From positions 32,001-96,000 of the IMG/VR virus record IMGVR_UViG_3300018080_006015: DNA of 64,000 bases; one strand, given 5' to 3'. The translations under genes and the position numbers were made by a program. Source of the stretch: a virus. The notes under the pieces are model-generated. The model worked only from the letters and a program-made list of their open reading frames with translations, was not told the DNA's origin and searched no databases. Below are positions 60,501-64,000 of the stretch, one piece after another (position 1 is the stretch's first letter; every line of letters begins with the position of its first letter).

Positions 60501-63500
60501 GGTAGTGTTGATGTTTCTGATTATGTCGAGATAGGAGGCTCACCCGCAGACTCAGGCGCTATTAGACTGGAAAATGCTGATGTTATAAACTTCAGAGAAA
60601 ATGGCGGTCTCGGAAATATACGCGCACTTACAGTAGATGTTAACGACGATATTTTTGTGGGAAGCAATAGTACTTACCAAAGAGATGTTGTTTTGCACGT
60701 ACCTACTGGTAACAATATAAGAATGCAATATGGGCCTGGTATTACAACAGCAGCAAGATTTGTTACTGGTGCAAATGCTGTGGCTATGGATCTTACTGAT
60801 GGTTCTGCCGCTGGTGTTGGAAACCTAAACGAAGGAAGATTGCGTTACAACAATGTTACAGAAACATTCCAGGTGTCTACAAATCATGGTTCTTATGAAG
60901 ATATTTTAACTGGCGCATTTCCTGAAGTCAGTAAATGGACAAAAGATGGTTATGTATTATATCCAAATGATTATGAAAACGAGATAGTTGTTATTGGCGA
61001 CACTTCCCCGTTTACAGATGAAATACTTTCTGTACATGGTAAGCAAGTTATAGATGCTGGAGCGTTAGGAGACAATGACTTTGGATTATCTGTTGTTGGT
61101 TACTTAGACGGTACTCAAACGGCTCTAATTTGGTCTCATATGGTTAGAGACGGTTATTGGGGTGTAAATGGTTTGGCAGGAGCAATTGGTGCTGATGTAG
61201 CGACCCAAATTGGAGATGATCCTGATAGTAATGTGGCGGCTTTTGTTGCCACTCCTCCCGCTATATATTCAACAGATCCCAATACATATGCGTTTTTGGC
61301 AATGTCTGGTGGCGGAACTGGTTATGAGACTACTCTTGGCGCTTTAGAGCAAGATCTGTTAATTCGTACTGATGTTCCCGTTGGCGCTCCAGATGGTTAT
61401 GGTTACGATATTATATTAGAAACCGGACCAGGAACGGCCGCTTCAGGAGCTTATCGTGGCGGTGAAATAACATTGCGCGCTGGCAATGCTGTTGCTGCTG
61501 TTGGGTCACGATCTGATGGCGCTAGCATTTTTGTAGAAACAGGTGATGCTGCTTCAAATGGTGGCGGAAATGCTGATGGTGGTGATTTTGAGGTTCTATT
61601 AGGAGATGGTGCCGGTGGCGGATCTACCGGAAGTATGGTGGTAAGAGCTGGCCTAGGAAATGATGATTATGTTGTATTTGAAAATAACTCAGGGGCCAGA
61701 TCGTTAACGGCTGGTGGTTTAGGTTGGGCTTATGTTGGTTCTGCCTCCGATCCTAGTGCTCCAGGAGACTTTGCTGCTGGATATCAAAATTCTACAAGAA
61801 TGTTTTTCAGTCGTGATTTAGAAACATTTCAATTGTTTGATGGTACAAATGCAAACACTTTTGCCATTGAAATAGATTCAGGTTATGTCGGAATAGGATC
61901 GGGCGCAACAGGTGGGCCATCTGGGACCGAATTATTACAAGTTGATGGTGATGCTTATATAACCGGAAAACTTACTGTTGACGGATATTTAGATCCCATT
62001 GGTGTAATAATAGAGAGTCCAACATTTGATGCTTTCCTTGAACTTGGTGTTGGTGATGGGGCAAGTTTGGCTCCTCCAGATACTGCAAGATTAATTTACG
62101 ACCAATACAATAATAAACTACGAGTATCCTATAGTGGTGCCCCATATCAAGATGTTGGTGGGGATGGATATGGAGCTTCTCTGTGGACACAAGTTGGCGA
62201 TAATATGTGGCCGGCAGCTGGTACTAGCGCTAATGTTATAGTTGGTGATTTCTCTCAAGACGGATATGAGAAATTTAAAGTTGTTGGTGATCTTGGTCAG
62301 TCGGTAATGTATGTGGAGCGGCCAGAATCTGATATTACTGACGATAAAGAAACATCTGTAACATTTAACCTTACACCCAATAATATTGTAAGTGGCGGAG
62401 AGGTAGGCGCAGTACACATTCAAGCTGGCGCAAGAGGTGATATAGGGTCTGATACATTTGCTGTTGGCCTTGCTATTGATTCTGTATGGGAAGGTAATAT
62501 GGCATCTGACTCTGTCGCTTCTGCTATGATTGTTGAGTGTGGGACCAGAAGCACTAACGCTGAGTATACTGCTGGTGCTATATTTGTCTTACCAGAAGAA
62601 ATAGAGGGCGGATATGATTCTGGTTTGTCTGATATGTTGCGTTTACTTAATGAGGGCGGCACATTAGGTAACTTTATCAATTGTGAAATGCCTGGTGAAA
62701 TAAGTGCATTTAAGGTAACTGGTGATGGTTATGTTGGTATTGGTCAGGCAAATCCGACAACACAATTAGATGTTGTTGGCAAAACTATATTGCAGGACTT
62801 GCAAATAACAGGATCATTAACTTCTGATGGTTATGTTTTAACTTCAGATAGTTTAGGCAATGCTGTGTGGGCTCCTGCTGGTGGCGGAAGTTATTGGCAG
62901 CGAGATCCTGTTGAAGGAATTGTATATCCTAGCGTATTAACTGATAGTATTGGGGCACCAGCAGATATTATTTCTGTAAACGGTGGAATGCTTTATTGGC
63001 GTGATAGCACTGATACTCTTGATATAGAGGTGTTAACACTTGATGCTTCTGATAATATTATAGTTGGTCAAAATACGACAGATTTTAATAACATTGCACT
63101 ATCTGTCGGAAATTCTGGCGTAATAGAAATGCAAACAGGTGGTCTTGCCAGATATACCGTAGAAAGTAACGGCAACCTTACGATGGAAGGTGATTTTGAT
63201 TTTGTTCCTGATGGAGATGGACAGGGCGAAATTGGAACGACAGGATCTAGATTTGCATCATCGCATTTTAGCTCTTATATGGCTGTTGGTGTTGGTGCTG
63301 GGTTGCCAAGTGTCGGTGCTGTTAGACTGCAAAATAATTTGGCCATTGAGTGGTCTAGTGCGGCAATTAATGATGTTCAAGTTCTTTCGTTAGATAACTC
63401 AGATCAAATAAATGTTGGAAGTTTGGATGCCGATCTTGCCGGTATTATTTACAATACACCATCATCTACATTTCATAGCTTAAGAATAAACAACGCAAGT

Positions 63501-64000
63501 ATTCTTGAGTTGGCATCTGCATTTGTTGAGGTAAGCCCGGCGGATTTGCGATTTGATAATGATGTTAATAATCCTATCTTTAGGCAGTTTGATGATACTA
63601 ACGATTCTGCTACTGGTTGGTTGTTTACTATTCATGCTCAAGACATGACTAGTAATGTTGATACTACTGGTGGTGATTTGTTAATTCGAGCGGGTAATGC
63701 TAATACTGGTGGGACCGGAACAGGCGGAACCTTACATTTGCGAGCGGGTAACTCAACAACAGAAGGTTCCGTAATTATTGAGCAATCTGATGGTACTGGT
63801 ATGATGTCCTTTGCATCTGATACCAATACCGTTACGGCGCCGTCTAATCCAACCTGGAATTTTGGAACTGGTGTTGCAACATTTGGTAACGAGGTAAACG
63901 CTACTAGTTTTGATGCGACAAACTTTATCGAGATAGGAAGTTCTCCAGCAACTGTTGGCGCATTAAGAATGACTAATAATCATTCTGTTTATTGGAGGAA
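51558..64000 (+). CDS. Giant repetitive fibre/adhesin-like protein, >4147 aa, 3' end off the window; paralog of 32929..42666
   Basis: Not in the track because no stop falls in the window. Starts MANGFIYNRSIPEIRLIDGYDQ; the same frame reads ...SSPATVGALRMTNNHSVYWR at the window end; six GKLTV.G..DP modules (~54279, 56157, 57306, 58634, 59825, 61965). Confidence 0.85.
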   Translation, partial: MANGFIYNRSIPEIRLIDGYDQNDVVIISGDRDSGLNLGVTADLDVPGPPPISFITSFGPGVVNTGVVSATMDRPAPMVDSSSGLVCYFAQAEEHAGDIDTTLIGGFAAIEPVRSPFGHAHAAAFVASGNPVTGDDWDSTLFCLDTNCVITTITGFDGYGRYFLVQTGDGYEQSGGDAIFALGDSYGSTPDTYGGNLLVRPGLSEVGFPAGDHGKVVLEARASDQQLLAVRGFAGQTRDLVTFTDETATTYSGITADGRYFLIDGAMPGYVLTSDAFGIVRWAPPTGDGYDGYSYWSLNGTDIHPIDVAYNVAIGDIATSGGGEVFYVSGRSFMDGGSLPPFSDALLVEANCDNGNVSVIEASIQRINPLGPGEIVSAIKVGAENVLGDHPSSAMAGILFDAPTINDSNPPSGAIVVFGDSASGNYYQGTVVALDHDLNLSCDRIFSGPGDGPNVAVFAASGVSNGVGGVISMQTGSADAAGAPPGTALAGGALLFQTGDSSSSAAAIDGPLMYFLCGNASSTNGDPATGGGVQFNMGYGDGIGGRTGEFIINDPVMNKYVRVDFDGYSTRLNGGLDPNLSNAQFEIHADTNTTNGPGASLALFASNATYDFGPSGFDGGNIWLHTGDGYQIGGSGGSGGNVNILCGSAAAGGSGFGGGVIVSLGESDDYDRHGRFTVESTVGGPYCSTYSSSPDTIDIVGFAQSTFRLSSETIGDGVPGTSFFITASNGNASLPGGYVGGDLSLVAGHGAVNGLFDADGGGLYLFGGDATSGNIGADGGSIYFHPGEGAGAGFGGAVVMQAAEGHIGEFVRMQTTDGYPVFSAGVEGWVEIGSATDPTDLGDFSSGIDGYARLFYDQSEGAINLFSGNGVATAVLSANVNGGFLGLGTVGPFGSEQLSVVGDAYIGGKLTVVGALDPISVSILDTIGAGDGAYYEAYDGSGVAPVGPGDSFGRIRYNNLSQSWEASTPITGGWLPIGGGGPSGDGYWSLSDGYILYPQNTNYDVVIGGTDVTGDGEKLRVQGLTLLEGQPGQEDAVIVSGWCDFDDATVVNVEMQRFSGLGPYEAVHGYKTEVTSIPSDHVDSLTSAFTADVPEIGNPAAWSSAFTLFGNDSSFDSYTFALLSVDQNLNIVAARSPSGGLHSPHIQLATTTPMDGYAGDIIINPGSSNAANPNSAYNGSNLDIITGNGSASGFGYAADGGHVEVELGGGASGDGTTPAMGGGFYVKLGAGDGVGALGGVFHIANSPTTNNNMLELTENDGTTKIAVLGSPGYFNLGQIYVASGAGDLAAGDGYNYLYYDASEMRLMMTDLLGNQQITLEADTNGGYIGVGGGATIPAGPEQLRVANNAVIEGALAVNASGMAGNETLRVDGVAGQPMATFIRPGSTCASSQIAIDVQARGDILAGDTCQVVRILGGIGANNAGSTGIALDVNAESDGSWTAGASGIGLKLSGGKVDSDGTFIVEHILQPATIGGNPSYVDTILKVEKAGGTLVDNYFEIVDLTTAASPIFSVSETLFNCTLDAEFNADVQIDGKLTVDGYIDPIGIIIESLTNDAFLELGDGQNAVVSGPGTGRLIYNDSTQAFMMSVDGGPYRIIGTGGGGGDGYWERDESGFLYPVFSGDDIALGSDPASIGVIRLNNNEGIYWNNTLGTGDIRGLFVDSNNDVLIGSTGGSQRDVVLNVPTGNELRMQINSSDMVEVASNYIILNPRQLVFDSSTSSPIIYQDQDITPGVTGQNLTVQAQNCPGGGGAAGGSLYLEPGNGNIAGSVVITDAITPIITVNVNGVEIGDPLFRFDKSISTPTIYHEDSDGYTSSLTVRAQGTTLNSGTGGNLNILGGSAAFGGGSTGGSVVIQAGAGDTEGSVLIRESAGTTWLSFAGGNINFSNGTTAVTASSNPTFNFGSGLSTFEGDVQIDGKLTVDGYLDPVAVIIDSATNDAFLEFNAGENAALSPSDAGRIIYDNTSKSFMASVDGGAYVALGSGTGDGYWGRDVTGFLYPIVPTDGVQIGGELEMDNNIILNKSMVGAGSPSHLIELIGETSVADRSVYIYNNSWAAVDNYGIRLDDDSNNLCAEFGFGAGLGSIWRFNNASGGMRLHTESGVEIWALSQAGSWNIQNLHGIQFTQPGFSGGASANAFRVIGGAHVELPASTERSDISFELGRDVEFAAGALAQQRAVIVEAPTYKFDGASTLTTAATFAIEGAPSEGTNATITNSYALWVQSGDSSFGGDIYFDSSVLSPTIQQNNTTVGDGENLRVAAQSSSAIGSAGGNLTLAAGYGTDGYGGHLGLYAGSSAVSGIGGNVYLTPGEGTTVGQVIIREPFGGTSIVTFDDTSVESPGNPTWNFGSSLATFEGDVQIDGKLTVDGYLDPIAVIIESATDDAFLQLSAGENADISSANECRLIYDSVGARLLVSANGGPYSPIDGYAGSSPWTYIGGVLYPDNYITDAVVIGDNAVVGSESLRVVGNTSLLGNVVIEEGTTNPSILQLTKTSGAAQTLSISAQSSNDSSGGPLTLNAGSGYTTGGDINVNAGDGYTWGNGGAIRLRGGDATGILGSGGHVYIQGGDSVGGTQGYIITNSSQVVFKDFSGTTFASISNDNEALYFSGGSSPTIQHLATNTFTNPLSIIGQNSSTEDGGNVVISGGDATGATDKSGGDVELYGGSGNGIGVAGIVHLFGSGHILTVDGYDRVGVSDVVTIDVAKDRSDAFRLMEDTNLYMQVFTDIGSESIVFGGTTNPDYEFFGTGTATFEGDVEIGGKLTVDGYIDPVAVIIESATNDAYLGLSAGQNASRSAADEGKIIYNAVSQKFQLSANGNAFVDLATGGSSEWNRTGDVLTPATASVNYWEFDSTALDPVITQADEDGYDVTAQTLTIKGQDVTGNLSVGGAVEIWGGAAALDSGDGGDVIIHGGNAPSAVGGDVILRQSGGFNTGAIRIQNVASDDILSFSSNQISGLANNPTWLFGTGSANFGADLTVVGELNAGSVDVSDYVEIGGSPADSGAIRLENADVINFRENGGLGNIRALTVDVNDDIFVGSNSTYQRDVVLHVPTGNNIRMQYGPGITTAARFVTGANAVAMDLTDGSAAGVGNLNEGRLRYNNVTETFQVSTNHGSYEDILTGAFPEVSKWTKDGYVLYPNDYENEIVVIGDTSPFTDEILSVHGKQVIDAGALGDNDFGLSVVGYLDGTQTALIWSHMVRDGYWGVNGLAGAIGADVATQIGDDPDSNVAAFVATPPAIYSTDPNTYAFLAMSGGGTGYETTLGALEQDLLIRTDVPVGAPDGYGYDIILETGPGTAASGAYRGGEITLRAGNAVAAVGSRSDGASIFVETGDAASNGGGNADGGDFEVLLGDGAGGGSTGSMVVRAGLGNDDYVVFENNSGARSLTAGGLGWAYVGSASDPSAPGDFAAGYQNSTRMFFSRDLETFQLFDGTNANTFAIEIDSGYVGIGSGATGGPSGTELLQVDGDAYITGKLTVDGYLDPIGVIIESPTFDAFLELGVGDGASLAPPDTARLIYDQYNNKLRVSYSGAPYQDVGGDGYGASLWTQVGDNMWPAAGTSANVIVGDFSQDGYEKFKVVGDLGQSVMYVERPESDITDDKETSVTFNLTPNNIVSGGEVGAVHIQAGARGDIGSDTFAVGLAIDSVWEGNMASDSVASAMIVECGTRSTNAEYTAGAIFVLPEEIEGGYDSGLSDMLRLLNEGGTLGNFINCEMPGEISAFKVTGDGYVGIGQANPTTQLDVVGKTILQDLQITGSLTSDGYVLTSDSLGNAVWAPAGGGSYWQRDPVEGIVYPSVLTDSIGAPADIISVNGGMLYWRDSTDTLDIEVLTLDASDNIIVGQNTTDFNNIALSVGNSGVIEMQTGGLARYTVESNGNLTMEGDFDFVPDGDGQGEIGTTGSRFASSHFSSYMAVGVGAGLPSVGAVRLQNNLAIEWSSAAINDVQVLSLDNSDQINVGSLDADLAGIIYNTPSSTFHSLRINNASILELASAFVEVSPADLRFDNDVNNPIFRQFDDTNDSATGWLFTIHAQDMTSNVDTTGGDLLIRAGNANTGGTGTGGTLHLRAGNSTTEGSVIIEQSDGTGMMSFASDTNTVTAPSNPTWNFGTGVATFGNEVNATSFDATNFIEIGSSPATVGALRMTNNHSVYWR

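Noticed and set aside
51987-63826. Many 60-156 aa ORFs on alternative frames and strands in the track
   Set aside because: They are shadows of the giant + strand ORF starting at 51558; His/Pro-rich antisense translations reflect GGT/GAT codons.
1-64000. CRISPR array, tRNA or rRNA genes
   Set aside because: Intergenic gaps are short and AT-rich; I saw no repeat-spacer periodicity or cloverleaf/T-loop signatures. A tRNAscan run would be the formal test.
28702-64000. DGY as FG-GAP/EF-hand-like DxDxDG calcium loops or GFP-like xYG chromophores
   Set aside because: Most copies lack the upstream DxD/N and downstream D spacing of FG-GAP loops, and there is no GFP-barrel context. A generic beta-turn role is not excluded.
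1-64000. Alternative genetic code (stop-codon reassignment)
   Set aside because: Conserved enzymes are full length in code 11, and TAA, TAG and TGA all end genes at sensible positions.

Overview
Most likely a 64-kb segment of a large (jumbo/huge) tailed-phage genome in the standard code. This is inferred from gene content; no capsid or terminase gene is visible in the window. It has three blocks. (1) 1-13.9 kb is a glycan-building and decorating cluster: Gmd, Fcl, an RmlB-like dehydratase, several glycosyltransferase-like genes, four sulfotransferases, three SAM methyltransferases, an acetyltransferase and a beta-propeller hydrolase. (2) 14-27.9 kb is a replication/expression block: a tubulin/FtsZ-family GTPase, an SF2 helicase, a DnaC-like loader, DnaB, a sigma-70 factor, a class II ribonucleotide reductase with a LAGLIDADG intein and a methionine aminopeptidase, closed by a perfect hairpin terminator. 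(3) 28.1-64 kb is an array of Gly/Asp-rich modular fibre/adhesin-like proteins of 189, 861, 519, 3245, 412 and 1648 aa, three tandem Zn-finger paralogs, and a >4147-aa ORF that runs off the window and is missing from the ORF track. The most striking signal is strong, context-independent enrichment of the tripeptide DGY in the giant proteins. It may be a modification sequon for the co-encoded sulfo/glycosyltransferases (hypothesis). A candidate phage promoter motif, GTCRAR-N13-17-[CG]WTATAT, recurs in four intergenic regions.
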